Positions 46,901 through 57,917 of a DNA stretch of 64,000 bases are shown here, piece by piece. The notes under the pieces were generated by a model. The model had not been told where the DNA came from and did not search any database. It saw nothing but the letters and a program-made list of their open reading frames with translations. The first letter of the stretch is position 1. Every line of letters begins with the position of its first letter. The position numbers and the translations under genes were made by a program. Source of the DNA: Candidatus Latescibacterota bacterium (GTDB lineage: Bacteria; Latescibacterota; UBA2968; UBA8231); NCBI GenBank assembly GCA_965203355.1, contig OZ241889.1, forward strand, positions 3,808,001 through 3,872,000. Direction: 5' to 3'.

Positions 46901-47812
46901 GCCTCCGACTCCGGTAGAAGCACCGGGATAGGGGGCGATGGCCGTTGGATGGTTGTGGGTCTCGACCTTGATCAAGACGTGGGTCTGCCGCTGGCGGTAG
47001 CCATAGCAAAAATCTTGGTCTAGCTGCGGACCAAAGATCGGCACCTCAAATCCTGCAATCACGCCGGCGTTGTCGGAATACGCCTTAACCGTGCCGGACG
47101 GACGCGCCTCGTGCGTGTGGCGAATCATGGCAAAGAGCGAGCGCGCCTCGCGCTGGTTGTCGATGATCCAATCGGCGTTGAAAATTTTATGGCGGCAGTG
47201 CTCCGAGTTGACCACCGCAAACATCATCAGCTCTACATCGGTCGGGTCGCGGCCGACAAAGGCGTGCAGCGCGTAGTCGATCTCCTCGTCCGAGAGCGCC
47301 AAGCCCATCGCGCGATTGGCGACCACGAGGGCCCGCCGACCTTCCGCCCGCACCGGAATGTGGACTAGCGGCTTGGGCTCCACGCGGCGAAAGAGAGTAG
47401 CTAACGAGTCGAGCGGAGCCTCGATCATGCGGTCGTAGAGCAGCGGCAAAACCGCCCGGGGCACGGTAGCGGCAGCAAAGGCATAGAGCGTGCCACGCTC
47501 GACGCGGCGCACAAATTCGAGGCCGCAGTTTTTGAGGATGTCCGTGGCCTTGCTCGACCACGGAGACGTCGTGCCCGGTCGCGGGCCAATGGCCACCTCG
47601 TTGTGCGCCCGCACAGGCAGGGCCGCGTCCACGTCGAGAATGTGCATAAGCCGCGCCCGCTCATCGTCCGCTAGGGGACGTGTACACTGCACGGCATAGA
47701 AGTACGTGGCGGTCAGGTTTTCAACCTCGGGCGCACAACGCTGACAGCGCACCAGCAGCGACCGACGGCGCCGGGGCGACAGGGCCGGAGGGCCGACAAA
47801 GGCGAGTAGCAT
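43970..47812 (-). CDS. purL: Phosphoribosylformylglycinamidine synthase (large fused form)
   Basis: [41 protein letters not shown] and MPHPER; 1280 aa. Confidence 0.97.
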   Translation of the reverse strand: MLLAFVGPPALSPRRRRSLLVRCQRCAPEVENLTATYFYAVQCTRPLADDERARLMHILDVDAALPVRAHNEVAIGPRPGTTSPWSSKATDILKNCGLEFVRRVERGTLYAFAAATVPRAVLPLLYDRMIEAPLDSLATLFRRVEPKPLVHIPVRAEGRRALVVANRAMGLALSDEEIDYALHAFVGRDPTDVELMMFAVVNSEHCRHKIFNADWIIDNQREARSLFAMIRHTHEARPSGTVKAYSDNAGVIAGFEVPIFGPQLDQDFCYGYRQRQTHVLIKVETHNHPTAIAPYPGASTGVGGEIRDEGAAGTGGWSQAGLCAFFTSHLRLPEFAQPWEKEHAAFPDRLATPLAIMTEGPIGGAAFGNEFGRPNILGVFRTLEDDSTGVWRGYHKPIMVAGGVGLIDAAHVEKKTPAAGDCVIQLGGPAMLIGLGGGAASSMDTGANREDLDFASVQRDNPEMQRRCQELISRCIALGAENPIVSIHDVGAGGLSNACPELVADVGARFDLRAIHNDDPGMSPMQIWSNEAQERYVLVVGRADLQRFAELATRERCLFAVIGEITGDGTLSLDDALLDDKPIDRLDLAVILGKPPKMLRRASRRPPVRRPLALGEPALAEAAERLLRFPAVAAKTFLIAIADRTVTGLVARDQMVGPYQVPVADLALTCHSFRGYTGSAMAMGERTPLALVDAPASGRMAVAEAIANMAAASIGPIHRIKLSGNWMCACGEAGEDAALYDTVRTVGLEFCPALGVSIPVGKDSLSMRAVWEDAEGTAHKVVAPLSLVISAFAPVEDVRRHVTPDLKRGGDTRLLLVDLGRKQNRLGGSCLAQVYNQIGREPPDVEAGDLRGLYEAVQTLLEQDLVLAYHDRSDGGLFTAVAEMAFAGRCGVELEIAALGRDPLAVLFCEEVGVVIQYRAEDEDTVYKVFAEQGIADLVHGVGAPADDLQLRVCRAGDLVYEARLLDLHAAWTELTYRMQAHRDDPDCARQEYETLADGQDPGLNFHLAHEVAPTLGGKARPRVAILREQGINGQVEMAAAFDAAACEAVDVTMTDLLAGRVELSSFHGLAACGGFSYGDVLGAGAGWARSILFHDRLREQFAVFFARLDTFSLGVCNGCQMLSHLKELIPGAADWPRFVRNRSEQFEARFATVEVLESRSVFLRGMAGSRLPMAVAHGEGRVQFGDERALTRVRARNQLCLRYVDNYGQPTERYPSNPNGSPGGLTAFTSADGRATIMMPHPERVFRNVQLSWRPAEWTSEEGPWLKLFQNARDFADAS

Positions 47813-47960
47813 GGGATACTTTCTAGCGGGAAAAGGTTGCCTAAAAATGTAGGTGCTGTCGTGAAAACCCTCAAGGATTGTCGCGGCTCAACGAGCGCAT
47901 TTTTGCACCTATGTACATAATGTCTATCTTCAGGATTTATTTGTGGAGTTGGAGGTTTCT

Positions 47961-50756
47961 ATGTCATTTGCTACGCACAGTGAAAACGCCGAGTACGTCG
48001 AAGCGCTCTACGAGCAATACCAGCGCGATCCCAGCGCGATCCCAGCCGAGTGGCAACACTTCTTCCGCGGCTTTGAATTTGGCTTCGCACACTCGGCGAC
48101 CGCCGGCGCACCCGACCCAGCAGACCCACAGCCGTCCATAGAAGCCACTGAGGGCCTTTTGGTCCTCCAAGGCGTCCAAGCCCTCGTGCAGACCTATCGG
48201 CAAATGGGCCACTTTGTCGCCCGGCTCGACCCGCTGGGCTACAATCGCCAGAGCCTGCCCTTGTTGGATCTGGCGGAATTTGGCCTCGCCGAAGAAGATC
48301 TCGACAAGTCCGTGGGCAACGGCGGCTTTCTCGGGCGCACCGACGGGACGTTAAGGGGCCTGTTGAGCAAACTAAAAGCCACGTATTGCCGCTCCATCGG
48401 CGTCGAATACATGGACATCCCAGACAAGGAGCAGCGCGACTGGCTGCAAAATCGGGTCGAGCCTTGCCTCAACAATCCCAATTTGTCCGAAGACGCGACC
48501 CGGCGAGTGCTGGCACGCCTGATCGCCGCCGAGGAGTTTGAGCAGTTTTTGCACAAGCGCTACGTCGGGCAAAAGCGCTTCTCGCTCGAAGGGGCTGAGT
48601 CCACGGTGCCGCTCTTGGACGAACTGGTCAGCACCGGCTCCAAGCTCGGCGTCGAAGAGATGGTTATCGGCATGGCCCACCGCGGCCGACTCAATGTGCT
48701 GGCGCACCTTTTGCACAAGCCCTACGAGGAAATCCTCGCCGAGTTTGAGGGAGCCGACCGCACCGACCGCGACGACGACGAGGGCGACGTCAAATATCAC
48801 AAGGGCTATTCCCACGACCACGACACCGAGGAGGGACGCAAGGTACATCTCTCGCTCAGTTTTAATCCTAGTCATCTGGAGCTAGTCGATCCGGTCATCG
48901 AGGGCATCGTCTATGCCAAGCAGGCCTACTTGCACGACGACGAAGGAGATCGGGTCGTCCCGGTGCTCATCCACGGCGAGGCCGCTTTTACCGGCCAAGG
49001 GATCGTCTCGGAGACCCTCAATCTCTCCGAACTACCTGGCTACCGCACCGGCGGCACCATACACATTATCATCAACAACCAACTCGGCTACACCGCCCTA
49101 GCCGACGAGACGCGCTTTACGCCCTACCCAACCGACATAGCCAAGGAGATTCAAGCGCCAGTCTTTCACGTCAACGCCGACGACCCCGAATCCGTGGTAC
49201 AAGCGGCGCGCGTGGCGATGGAGTTTAGGCACCGCTTCAAGGTCGATGTATTTATCGACTTGTGGTGTTATCGCCGCCACGGCCACAACGAGGCCGACGA
49301 CCCGACCCTGACCCAACCGCTGATGTACAAGAAGATCGCCGAGCATCCGACGATCCTCCATCTCTACTCCTTCCAGCTCATAGCCCAAAACAAGATCTCT
49401 CAAGAGGAAGCCGACGACATTCGCGCGCGAATCCGCACTCGGCTCGAAGAAGCCCAGCAAATCGCCCGCCGCCTACAAGTCCAGCCGCACACCTCGTCTT
49501 TCGGGGGCGTCTGGCAGGGCCTGACTTGGGCGCCCAATGACTGGAGCGCACACACGGCCGTCGATGCCAAAATCCTCAAGCGGATCGTCGAGCGGGCGAC
49601 CCAAGTCCCCAAAGGATTCTCCCTCCATCGCACAATCCAACGGATGATCGAAGCGCGCCGCGCCATGGCCGCTGGTCAGATGCCCATCGACTGGGGTTGC
49701 GGCGAGGTGATGGCCTTCGGCTCATTGCTGCGAGAAGGAGTGCCAGTGCGCCTAACCGGCCAAGATACCCAGCGCGGCACTTTTGCCCATCGCCACGCTG
49801 TCTGGCACGACACGGAAACAGGCGCAGAACACATTCCCTTGCAGTGCTTGGAACGCGACCAAGCCGACTTTGTCATACTCAACACCATGCTATCGGAGCT
49901 AGCAGTGCTCGGCTTTGAGTACGGGATCAGTTCGGCGGATCCGCGGCGCTTGGTCTTGTGGGAGGCCCAATTCGGCGATTTCGTCAACGGCGCGCAGATG
50001 ATCATCGACCAATTTCTCACGAGCGGCGAAGCCAAATGGCAGCGGATGAGCGGCTTGGTGTTGCTGTTGCCACACGGATACGAGGGCATGGGGCCGGAGC
50101 ATTCAAGCGCGCGGCTGGAGCGCTTCTTGCAACTGTGCGCCAAAAACAACATGCAGGTGGCCTACCCCACCACGCCCGCGCAATTATTCCACATCTTGCG
50201 GCGGCAGATCCACCGCAACTTCCGCAAGCCGCTGGTGCTGATGACGCCCAAGAGCCTCCTGCGGCACAAGCAATGCGTCTCCGAGTTAGAAGCGTTTTCC
50301 AGCGGGGCGTTTCAGCGGGTCATCGACGATGCAAACGTCGCCGATCCAGCCACTGTCCGTCGAGTCGTGCTCTGCACCGGCAAGATCTACTACGACTTGG
50401 CGACGGCCCGCGGCGAGCAAAATGGCCGCGACGAGGTGGCCTTGCTGCGCGTTGAGGAACTCTATCCGTTTCCCGCCGCCGAACTCCAAGCTGCGTTTGA
50501 TCGCTATCCCGCCGCTAGGCAGTTCTACTGGGTGCAAGAAGAATCCCAGAACATGGGCGCTTGGAGCTTCGTCCAGCCTCTCGCAAAAGAACTGCTGCCC
50601 GCTCATTTTGAGCTAAAGTACGTGGGCCGCGACGAAGCGGCTAGCCCGGCCACCGGCTCTGGGCACCTACACGAAACCGAGCAACGAGAAATCGTCGCGC
50701 AAGCACTAGGCCGCAGCCGGGAAGTGGTTCTCCAGCAGCGGCGGCAATCTGGTTAG
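47961..50756 (+). CDS. sucA: 2-oxoglutarate dehydrogenase E1
   Basis: [36 protein letters not shown] and GPEHSSAR; GGAGG RBS. Confidence 0.96.
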   Translation: MSFATHSENAEYVEALYEQYQRDPSAIPAEWQHFFRGFEFGFAHSATAGAPDPADPQPSIEATEGLLVLQGVQALVQTYRQMGHFVARLDPLGYNRQSLPLLDLAEFGLAEEDLDKSVGNGGFLGRTDGTLRGLLSKLKATYCRSIGVEYMDIPDKEQRDWLQNRVEPCLNNPNLSEDATRRVLARLIAAEEFEQFLHKRYVGQKRFSLEGAESTVPLLDELVSTGSKLGVEEMVIGMAHRGRLNVLAHLLHKPYEEILAEFEGADRTDRDDDEGDVKYHKGYSHDHDTEEGRKVHLSLSFNPSHLELVDPVIEGIVYAKQAYLHDDEGDRVVPVLIHGEAAFTGQGIVSETLNLSELPGYRTGGTIHIIINNQLGYTALADETRFTPYPTDIAKEIQAPVFHVNADDPESVVQAARVAMEFRHRFKVDVFIDLWCYRRHGHNEADDPTLTQPLMYKKIAEHPTILHLYSFQLIAQNKISQEEADDIRARIRTRLEEAQQIARRLQVQPHTSSFGGVWQGLTWAPNDWSAHTAVDAKILKRIVERATQVPKGFSLHRTIQRMIEARRAMAAGQMPIDWGCGEVMAFGSLLREGVPVRLTGQDTQRGTFAHRHAVWHDTETGAEHIPLQCLERDQADFVILNTMLSELAVLGFEYGISSADPRRLVLWEAQFGDFVNGAQMIIDQFLTSGEAKWQRMSGLVLLLPHGYEGMGPEHSSARLERFLQLCAKNNMQVAYPTTPAQLFHILRRQIHRNFRKPLVLMTPKSLLRHKQCVSELEAFSSGAFQRVIDDANVADPATVRRVVLCTGKIYYDLATARGEQNGRDEVALLRVEELYPFPAAELQAAFDRYPAARQFYWVQEESQNMGAWSFVQPLAKELLPAHFELKYVGRDEAASPATGSGHLHETEQREIVAQALGRSREVVLQQRRQSG

Positions 50757-50766
50757 GAGCATTCGC

Positions 50767-51900
50767 ATGTCAGTACAAGTCGAAATACCGAGCATGGGCG
50801 AATCGGTCAGCGAGGTAATTCTCCTCGAATGGCTCAAGGGCGATGGGGCGCGCGTCGAGCGGGACGAGCCGCTCTGCGTGTTAGAAACCGACAAGGCCAA
50901 CGTCGAGCTGCCGTCCCCAGCCAGCGGCGCACTCAAACACCTCCAACCTACCGATACTACCCTGACCATAGGGGCGGTAGTCGCGGAGATAGACGAAACA
51001 GCAGAATCCGCCACGCCGGCACCCGGACCCGTTCTAAGCCCCGCCGTGCGTCGCTTAGTCGAAGAGCACGCGCTCGACCCGACCGCGATCGAGGGTACGG
51101 GCCGGGCCGGGCGGCTGACGAAAAAGGACGTGCTCGCCCATCTAGAGACGCTATCCCCGCCCGAACCTGCACCCGCACCTTCTCCCGCGCCCACCGTTCA
51201 CCACCTCATCCACCGCGAACCGATGAGCCGCCTCCGGCAGCGCATTGCCGAGCACTTGGTTGCCGCGCAACACAACGCAGCCATGCTGACGACCTTCAAC
51301 GAAATCGACATGAGCGGCGTTATGCAGCTTCGGGCCAAGTACAAGGAGCGCTTTGCCCAAGTCCACGGCGCGTCGCTGGGGCTGATGTCCTTTTTCTCGC
51401 GGGCTGCGGTCCTCGCACTCGGCGAGTTTCCGTCGATCAACGCGCAGATCGACGGCACGCACATTGTGTATCACGACTTCGTCAATTTGGGGATCGCGGT
51501 GAGCACCGAGCGCGGGCTAGTCGTGCCCGTCTTGCACCGCGCCGATCAGATGTCCATCGCCCGCCTCGAAAGCAACATCAAGCGACTCGCGCTAAGTGCC
51601 CGCGACAACAAGCTGGCCATGGACGAGCTGAGCGGCGGCACCTTCACCATTACCAACGGCGGAGTCTTTGGCTCGCTGCTTTCCACGCCGATTCTAAACG
51701 CGCCGCAAAGTGGGATCTTGGGAATGCACGCCATCCAAGAGCGGCCCGTGGCCGTGGCAGGCCAAGTGGTGATTAGGCCGATGATGTACGTGGCACTGTC
51801 CTACGATCATCGACTCGTCGATGGCCAGCAGTCGGTCTCGTTTTTGGTGCGGTTAAAGGAACTATTGGAAGATCCGGCGCGGTTGATGCTGGAGGTATAG
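50767..51900 (+). CDS. sucB: Dihydrolipoamide succinyltransferase E2
   Basis: Lipoyl site ETDKA, E3-binding SPAVRRL...[18 protein letters not shown] and DHRLVDG. Confidence 0.96.
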   Translation: MSVQVEIPSMGESVSEVILLEWLKGDGARVERDEPLCVLETDKANVELPSPASGALKHLQPTDTTLTIGAVVAEIDETAESATPAPGPVLSPAVRRLVEEHALDPTAIEGTGRAGRLTKKDVLAHLETLSPPEPAPAPSPAPTVHHLIHREPMSRLRQRIAEHLVAAQHNAAMLTTFNEIDMSGVMQLRAKYKERFAQVHGASLGLMSFFSRAAVLALGEFPSINAQIDGTHIVYHDFVNLGIAVSTERGLVVPVLHRADQMSIARLESNIKRLALSARDNKLAMDELSGGTFTITNGGVFGSLLSTPILNAPQSGILGMHAIQERPVAVAGQVVIRPMMYVALSYDHRLVDGQQSVSFLVRLKELLEDPARLMLEV

Positions 51901-51936
51901 CGGAAGGCTGTCGCTGGTCATAGTGGAAAAACACCG

Positions 51937-52890
51937 ATGCCCAAAAAAGTCAAAAAACGCAATCAAGAGAATCCGCTCAGGTTCGAGTTCTCTATGGTTG
52001 GCAAACAGCTAGCAATAAAAAACGAGTCGGAATTCTGTGAAATATACAGGCATCCGCACGGATCTCTTTTTCAAGGGAATTCCATTGAGTGGCTCAGAAG
52101 CTTGGACGCGGAAAGCGTGGATCTCATCTTTGCCGATCCCCCTTATAATATCAATAAAGCCGAATGGGACAAGTTTGAAAATCAAGAACATTACATCGAA
52201 TGGTCAATGCAATGGATTAGAGAATCACATCGCATTCTAAGGAAAACAGGGACGATGTACCTCTGTGGATTTTCCGAAATACTTGCAGATATAAAACAGC
52301 CATCTATGAGGTACTTTAAATCGTGTAAGTGGCTGGTATGGTATTATAAAAACAAAGCCAATATGGGGAGTGACTGGGGAAGATCGCATGAGAGCATTCT
52401 TCATTTACGCAAATCTAACAAAAAGACATTTAACATCGATGATATTAGAGTTCCTTATAGTAATCATACGCTAAAATACCCATCTCATCCACAAGCAGAG
52501 TCAAGTCAATATGGAAATGGGTCTAACAAAAAAAATATCTGGACTCCTCATCCGAGAGGAGCAAAACCACGAGATGTTATAGAAGTGCCAACTACGTGTA
52601 ATGGAATGAATGAGAAAACTCCTCATCCTACACAAAAACCAGAAGAGCTCGTTCGGAAATTTATCCTAGCTTCGTCTAAAGAAGGCGATCTTGTCGTTGA
52701 TCCGTTCTCAGGATCGGGGACAACGCTAGTCGTTTCTGAACAACTCACGCGAAGATGGGCCGGTTGTGAAATTGATCCCGAATACAATAAATGGGCGATA
52801 GACCGAATAGAAAATGTGGTTTGCCGATCAAAAGACGGATGGATCACACTCGATAAAGAGAATAAAAAAAGAAGGAGTTCAATCCATTGA
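51937..52890 (+). CDS. DNA amino-methyltransferase (beta-type, N4/N6)
   Basis: ADPPY before HPTQKP and DPFSGSGTT; AT-rich. Confidence 0.9.
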   Translation: MPKKVKKRNQENPLRFEFSMVGKQLAIKNESEFCEIYRHPHGSLFQGNSIEWLRSLDAESVDLIFADPPYNINKAEWDKFENQEHYIEWSMQWIRESHRILRKTGTMYLCGFSEILADIKQPSMRYFKSCKWLVWYYKNKANMGSDWGRSHESILHLRKSNKKTFNIDDIRVPYSNHTLKYPSHPQAESSQYGNGSNKKNIWTPHPRGAKPRDVIEVPTTCNGMNEKTPHPTQKPEELVRKFILASSKEGDLVVDPFSGSGTTLVVSEQLTRRWAGCEIDPEYNKWAIDRIENVVCRSKDGWITLDKENKKRRSSIH

Positions 52891-53786
52891 ATTTGGAAAG
52901 ACTGGTTAATACCGCCTGCGATAAAGACTATTTTCGCGATATTGATAGATACTGCGATTTCGCGAAGTCGTATCTTGAATTCATCAAAGGTAATATACAA
53001 GCTGTAATTTTATCGAGAAACGAAAATAACTATCAATTCTTTCAATACAAGGATGATGGGGCATATAACATAACAAGACCAATCAACTCCGAATTGATGT
53101 ACTCACTAGAAGAGATGGAGGCTGTTATTGACCCCTTCAAAGAAATTCTGCTGGAAATCCAAAGCAATGATAATGGTACGGATAGTTCGCTTAACAGAGA
53201 GATTATTAATAGAACCATTTATACAGCGCAACAATGTATTGGGGCTACTCTTGATGCTTTGCCTGCTAATAAGTCAAATACAGCAAGAAAGATAAACGGA
53301 GATCTATTTGAAAGATTCATACGTTTCATTGTAGGTAAGGTCGGAGTTTGTGTCACACATGGGACAGTACAAATCCCAGTAAAAATAAATAAAAAAGTCG
53401 AATTTACTATGAATTATCAGCATGATCTTATTGTGAAAGCATTCGAAGAAGTGTGTGCGATAGGTTCCGTAAAGACATCAAGTAAAGACCGTCTAGCGAA
53501 GATATTTATCGATAAGTTTCTATACAATCGCCTGACGGATAGAAACACGCCTCATTTCGCTATATTCTTAAATGATGTGCAGAGAAAAGGTAGCAATGGA
53601 AAATATGGCGTTAATGCAACTTTTCTCTCAGGCCATTTTAAGGTTTATACCGTCAAACTGAATCCTTTAGATGGAGTATATTATTTTGATATACGCTCTG
53701 CTATGCGGACAACGGACATACTGAAAGATCATATAAAAACCTTTGATCATTTTTTATTCGACGATATTTGGAAGTTAGTCAGGTGA
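52887..53786 (+). CDS. Putative type II restriction endonuclease
   Basis: AT-rich; coupled to the MTase (TTGA overlap, AAGGAG RBS); NGDLFE...HDLI...GSVKTSSKDR resembles a PD-(D/E)xK variant. Confidence 0.6.
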   Translation: MNLERLVNTACDKDYFRDIDRYCDFAKSYLEFIKGNIQAVILSRNENNYQFFQYKDDGAYNITRPINSELMYSLEEMEAVIDPFKEILLEIQSNDNGTDSSLNREIINRTIYTAQQCIGATLDALPANKSNTARKINGDLFERFIRFIVGKVGVCVTHGTVQIPVKINKKVEFTMNYQHDLIVKAFEEVCAIGSVKTSSKDRLAKIFIDKFLYNRLTDRNTPHFAIFLNDVQRKGSNGKYGVNATFLSGHFKVYTVKLNPLDGVYYFDIRSAMRTTDILKDHIKTFDHFLFDDIWKLVR

Positions 53787-53854
53787 CTACCTAATGAAGG
53801 AATAGCAACCATGCTAAAGTGCGTTGCCAATCTATCATGCAAAAAGGAAATACC

Positions 53855-55237
53855 GTGAGTGACACTGCATTCGATTTAGTGGTTATCGGCGCGGGACCGG
53901 GCGGCTACGTGGCCGCGAGCAAAGCGGCGCAACTCGGCATGAAGGTGGCCTGCATCGACAAAAGCTACCTCGGCGGCACCTGCCTCAACGTCGGCTGTAT
54001 CCCCAGCAAGGCCCTGCTAGAGTCGAGTGATTTATTCCACAGAGCCAAGAAGGGATTGCGGCACCACGGAATCGGGCTGGGCGAAGTGGTCCTAGACCTA
54101 CAGGCCATGATGGCGCGGAAAGAGAAAATCGTCCAGACCATGACCCAGGGCATTGAGGGGCTGTTTAAGGGCCGAGGGGTGACGCATTTTGTCGGCACAG
54201 GTCGGGTCCTCGCTCAGGGCAGCGTGGCGGTCCAAGGTTCAGACAGCGAGCAGGTGCTGTCTGCCAAACACATCTTGTTGGCCACCGGGAGCACACCCGT
54301 GGAGTTGCCCAATCTGCCTTTTGATGGAAAACTCATAATCAGCTCGACCGAAGCCCTAACCTTAGAAAAAGTGCCTGAGCGGCTCGTCGTCATTGGCGGC
54401 GGTGCCATTGGGTTGGAACTGGGTTCTGTGTGGGCCCGGTTGGGTGCCCAAGTGATCGTCGTGGAGGTCATGGAGCAGATTTTGCCGGGGATCGACCAAG
54501 AGATGGCCCAGCAGCTAGAGCGGCTGCTCAAGCGACAGGGACTAAAGTTTCTGCTCGGGGCCAAGGTCCAAGAAGCCGCGCGCAAAAAAGCACCCGTGAC
54601 GCTGACCATAGCGGCCGGCGATCGAGAACGCAGCGAAACGTGCGACTTGGTGTTGGTCGCTGTGGGACGCAAACCATGCAGCGCGGGGTTGGGGCTGGAA
54701 GACGCAGGCGTGGCAGTCAACGAGCGGGGACAGGTTCTCGTCGACGCGCAGGGACGCACCAATGTCGAGGGCATCTGGGCTATCGGCGACCTCGTGCCCG
54801 GGCCGATGTTGGCCCACAAGGCCGAGGCCGAAGGAAGCGCGGTCGCCGAGCGAATGGCCGGACGCGCCGGGCAGGTCAACTACGATGCCATACCCTCGGT
54901 CGTGTACACCCATCCAGAATTAGCCTCCGTGGGAGCGAGCGAAGAAGAAGCCACCGCGGCCGGCCGCCCGGTCGCCGTCGGCAAGTACCACTTTCGCGGC
55001 AATGCCCGCGCCCACTGCATGGACGACATCGACGGCCTAGTCAAGGTCGTCGCCGATGCGCACACCGACCAACTCTTGGGGATGCACATCCTCGGGCCAC
55101 AGGCTTCGCACTTGATTGCCGAGGGCGTCTTAGCCCTGGAGTTCGGTGCCAGTGCCGAGGATGTCGCGCGCACCGTCCACGCGCATCCAGCGCTGTCAGA
55201 AGTCATAGGCGAGGCAGCGCAAGCCGCATCAACGTGA
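53855..55237 (+). CDS. lpdA: Dihydrolipoyl dehydrogenase E3
   Basis: GAGPGGY, GGTCLNVGCIPSK, GGGAIGLE and HAHPALSE; GTG 53855 follows AAGGA. Confidence 0.96.
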   Translation: MSDTAFDLVVIGAGPGGYVAASKAAQLGMKVACIDKSYLGGTCLNVGCIPSKALLESSDLFHRAKKGLRHHGIGLGEVVLDLQAMMARKEKIVQTMTQGIEGLFKGRGVTHFVGTGRVLAQGSVAVQGSDSEQVLSAKHILLATGSTPVELPNLPFDGKLIISSTEALTLEKVPERLVVIGGGAIGLELGSVWARLGAQVIVVEVMEQILPGIDQEMAQQLERLLKRQGLKFLLGAKVQEAARKKAPVTLTIAAGDRERSETCDLVLVAVGRKPCSAGLGLEDAGVAVNERGQVLVDAQGRTNVEGIWAIGDLVPGPMLAHKAEAEGSAVAERMAGRAGQVNYDAIPSVVYTHPELASVGASEEEATAAGRPVAVGKYHFRGNARAHCMDDIDGLVKVVADAHTDQLLGMHILGPQASHLIAEGVLALEFGASAEDVARTVHAHPALSEVIGEAAQAAST

Positions 55238-55376
55238 GCTCGGGCGTCGGTCGCCAAACCGCACGGCCCGGCGCCCGCGAAAACATCCTCATCGGCAGCG
55301 ATGCGCGCCTTGCTCGCTGAGCCGCTGGACTCGTTGAACTCCCTATAACCCACCGCCCAACTCAGAAAGGAAAACC

Positions 55377-56690
55377 ATGAGCGAATTTTTCAAGGGTATT
55401 AAAAAAATTGCCTACGAAGGCCCAGACGCTAAAAATCCCCTCGCCTTCAAGCACTACGACGCCCAGGCCCTAGTCGGCGACAAGACCATGGCCGAGCACC
55501 TGCGCTTCTCCGTGGCCTTTTGGCACAGCTTCAAGGGCGGCGGCATAGATCCCTTTGGCCCAACTCCGGTGTACGACCGGCCTTGGGACCGCGCCGCCGA
55601 CCCCATGCAGCGCGCCGAAGACACCTTGCACGCGGCCTTTGAGTTCATCACCAAGCTCGGCGCACCGTTCTACTGCTGGCACGACCGCGACATCGCCCCC
55701 GAAGGCGAGACCCTCAAAGAAAGCAACGACCGCCTCGACCGCCTCGTGGGATTGGCTGAGCAGTTGCAAGCCGACACCGGCGTCCGCCTGCTGTGGGGCA
55801 CGTCCAACTGTTTCTCCCATGCGCGCTTCACGCACGGGGCCGCCACCAACCCCGACGCCCATGTCTTCGCCTGGGCCGCGGCGCAGATCAAGAAGGCCAT
55901 GGAATGCACCCATCGGCTCGGGGGGGCTAACTACGTGTTTTGGGGTGGGCGCGAAGGGTACTCCAGCTTGCTCAACACCAACATGGCCCACGAGCAGGAC
56001 CAGCTCGCGCGTTTATTGCACATGGCGGTCGAACACAAAAAGGCACTCGGCTTTACCGGCACCCTGCTCGTGGAGCCTAAACCCAAAGAGCCGACCAAAC
56101 ACCAGTACGACTACGATGCCGCCACCGTCTTGAGCTTCCTCCGCAAATACGACCTGTTGGACGAATTCAAGCTCAACATCGAAGCCAATCACGCCACTTT
56201 GGCCGGCCACACCTTTGAACACGACCTCCAACTCGCCGCGGCCGAGGGCAAGCTGGGCAGCATTGACGCCAATCGCGGCGACTACCTGCTCGGCTGGGAC
56301 ACCGATCAATTCCCCACCGACCTCTACTCCACCACCTACGCCATGCTGGTCATCCTCAAACAAGGCAGCATCGCGCCCGGCGGCATCAACTTCGACGCCA
56401 AGGTGCGGCGCGGCTCCTGCGCCTTGGATGATCTCTTCCACGCCCACATCGGCGGCATGGACTCGTTTGCCCGCGGGCTGACGCTGGCCCAGCGCATCAT
56501 AGACGACCGCGCACTCGACGCCTTTGTCGAGGCGCGTTACGCGTCGTACCGCAGCGGCATTGGCGCAAAGATCATGCGCGGCGAGACCAACTTCGCCGAG
56601 CTAGAGGCCTATGTCCACCAGCACGGCGAGCCGGAAAAGCGCAGTGGCCGCGAGGAAATGCTGGAGAATATCGTCAATAGTTATTTGTGA
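55377..56690 (+). CDS. xylA: Xylose isomerase (class II)
   Basis: FWHS, HDRD, WGGREGY, EPKPKEPTKHQYD, EANHA and GWDTDQFP. Confidence 0.96.
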   Translation: MSEFFKGIKKIAYEGPDAKNPLAFKHYDAQALVGDKTMAEHLRFSVAFWHSFKGGGIDPFGPTPVYDRPWDRAADPMQRAEDTLHAAFEFITKLGAPFYCWHDRDIAPEGETLKESNDRLDRLVGLAEQLQADTGVRLLWGTSNCFSHARFTHGAATNPDAHVFAWAAAQIKKAMECTHRLGGANYVFWGGREGYSSLLNTNMAHEQDQLARLLHMAVEHKKALGFTGTLLVEPKPKEPTKHQYDYDAATVLSFLRKYDLLDEFKLNIEANHATLAGHTFEHDLQLAAAEGKLGSIDANRGDYLLGWDTDQFPTDLYSTTYAMLVILKQGSIAPGGINFDAKVRRGSCALDDLFHAHIGGMDSFARGLTLAQRIIDDRALDAFVEARYASYRSGIGAKIMRGETNFAELEAYVHQHGEPEKRSGREEMLENIVNSYL

Positions 56691-56729
56691 GGAAGAACGG
56701 GAACTGGACGCACAACGGAGTTGCGATGA

Positions 56730-56950
56730 TTACCAAAGAACAAGTCGAGACGAGATAAGTCGCTCCAAAAAATTCAATCCGTTGCCAAAAACAGCATTTG
56801 AGTATTCCGAACACCAACTTCCCAAGAAATCGCCAAATTTATCGGCAATAAGCCGCTCTAACGCATCGCCAACAGTCCTCATGCTGTCTGCTGTCGCCGG
56901 TGAAAGAATAGTCCTTTATCTCACTCGCAATTCTCAAGTGACTGCTAGAG
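56730..56950 (-). pseudogene. Decayed putative restriction endonuclease downstream of the MTase
   Basis: Two frames read LFSSSHLRIASEIKDY and ILSPATADSMRTVGDALERLIADKFGDFLGSWCSEYS, then stop early. The sequence resembles the start of genes I recall following this MTase type; not verified. Confidence 0.45.
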
Positions 56951-57896
56951 AAAAGGCCGCTTTCTGCGGTTGATCGTTCAGGCTGTTTCGCTCCCAAAAT
57001 ACGCCATCAGCGTATCCTTGAATCGACGGATCGGCAAGGGCCTGTTGCAACCGCTTTTGACTCCAACAGCAGTATTCTTTGTTCAACTCAATCCCGCAGA
57101 ACGAGCGTCCGAGCTTGCGCGCCACCACCGCCGTGGTACCGCTTCCCAAGCACGGATCGAAAATGAGGTCGCCCTGCTTACTGCTTGCGAGCACTAACTT
57201 TGCTATCAGCTTCTCCGGTTTTTGCGTAGGATGATCAGTATTCTCTGGCATAGACCAGAATGGTATTGAAATATCCGACCATATATTGGAAGGATGGGTA
57301 AGTCTAAAATTACCGCCGTTTTCCTCCACCCAGTCTTTAGGCTTTCCATGGACTCGATATGGAGCAACGACTTTCCTTTTTAGCTTTACTGCCTCGACAT
57401 CAAAATAATAGCTCGTCCCTACAGTGCAGAACCAAATGTCTTCGCTGTTGTTTTTCCAGTTCGATTTCGCCCCCCGTCCTTTTTCGCGCTCCCAAGTAAT
57501 CCGATTGTGAATGCAGAAGTGCCTTTCGAGAATGGAGGCAATCAGTTGTGAGGTCTTCCAATCAGCACAGACATAAACGGTTGCGTCCTGCTTCAAGGTC
57601 GGTTTGAGCAGACAGATGAGCTCTTCAAACCAAGCTGCATAGGCCCCTTTTTCTTTTTGCCGAAATAAGTGCCCGTTGTAATTTTTGGCGAGATTGTAGG
57701 GAGGATCGAGAATTAGGAGATCGGCGAAGCAGGTAGGCAGTAAGGGAAGGACGTCAAAAGCGTCCCCGTGAATAATTCTATTGACAATTTGCTCCAGCAC
57801 CACGGACTCAGTCAGCACTAGCAAATCACGCTCAAGAGTCTCGCTCTCTTCGGCGTCGCAAGTGAGCGTCCTATTCCTCGGTGCTCTCTTTTTCAT
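56934..57896 (-). CDS. DNA amino-methyltransferase (beta-type, N4/N6)
   Basis: LDPPY, WEREKGRG, HPTQKPEKL and DPCLGSGTT; lower GC. Confidence 0.9.
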   Translation of the reverse strand: MKKRAPRNRTLTCDAEESETLERDLLVLTESVVLEQIVNRIIHGDAFDVLPLLPTCFADLLILDPPYNLAKNYNGHLFRQKEKGAYAAWFEELICLLKPTLKQDATVYVCADWKTSQLIASILERHFCIHNRITWEREKGRGAKSNWKNNSEDIWFCTVGTSYYFDVEAVKLKRKVVAPYRVHGKPKDWVEENGGNFRLTHPSNIWSDISIPFWSMPENTDHPTQKPEKLIAKLVLASSKQGDLIFDPCLGSGTTAVVARKLGRSFCGIELNKEYCCWSQKRLQQALADPSIQGYADGVFWERNSLNDQPQKAAFSLAVT

Positions 57897-57917
57897 ATTA
57901 ACAAATTAACAAAGATC

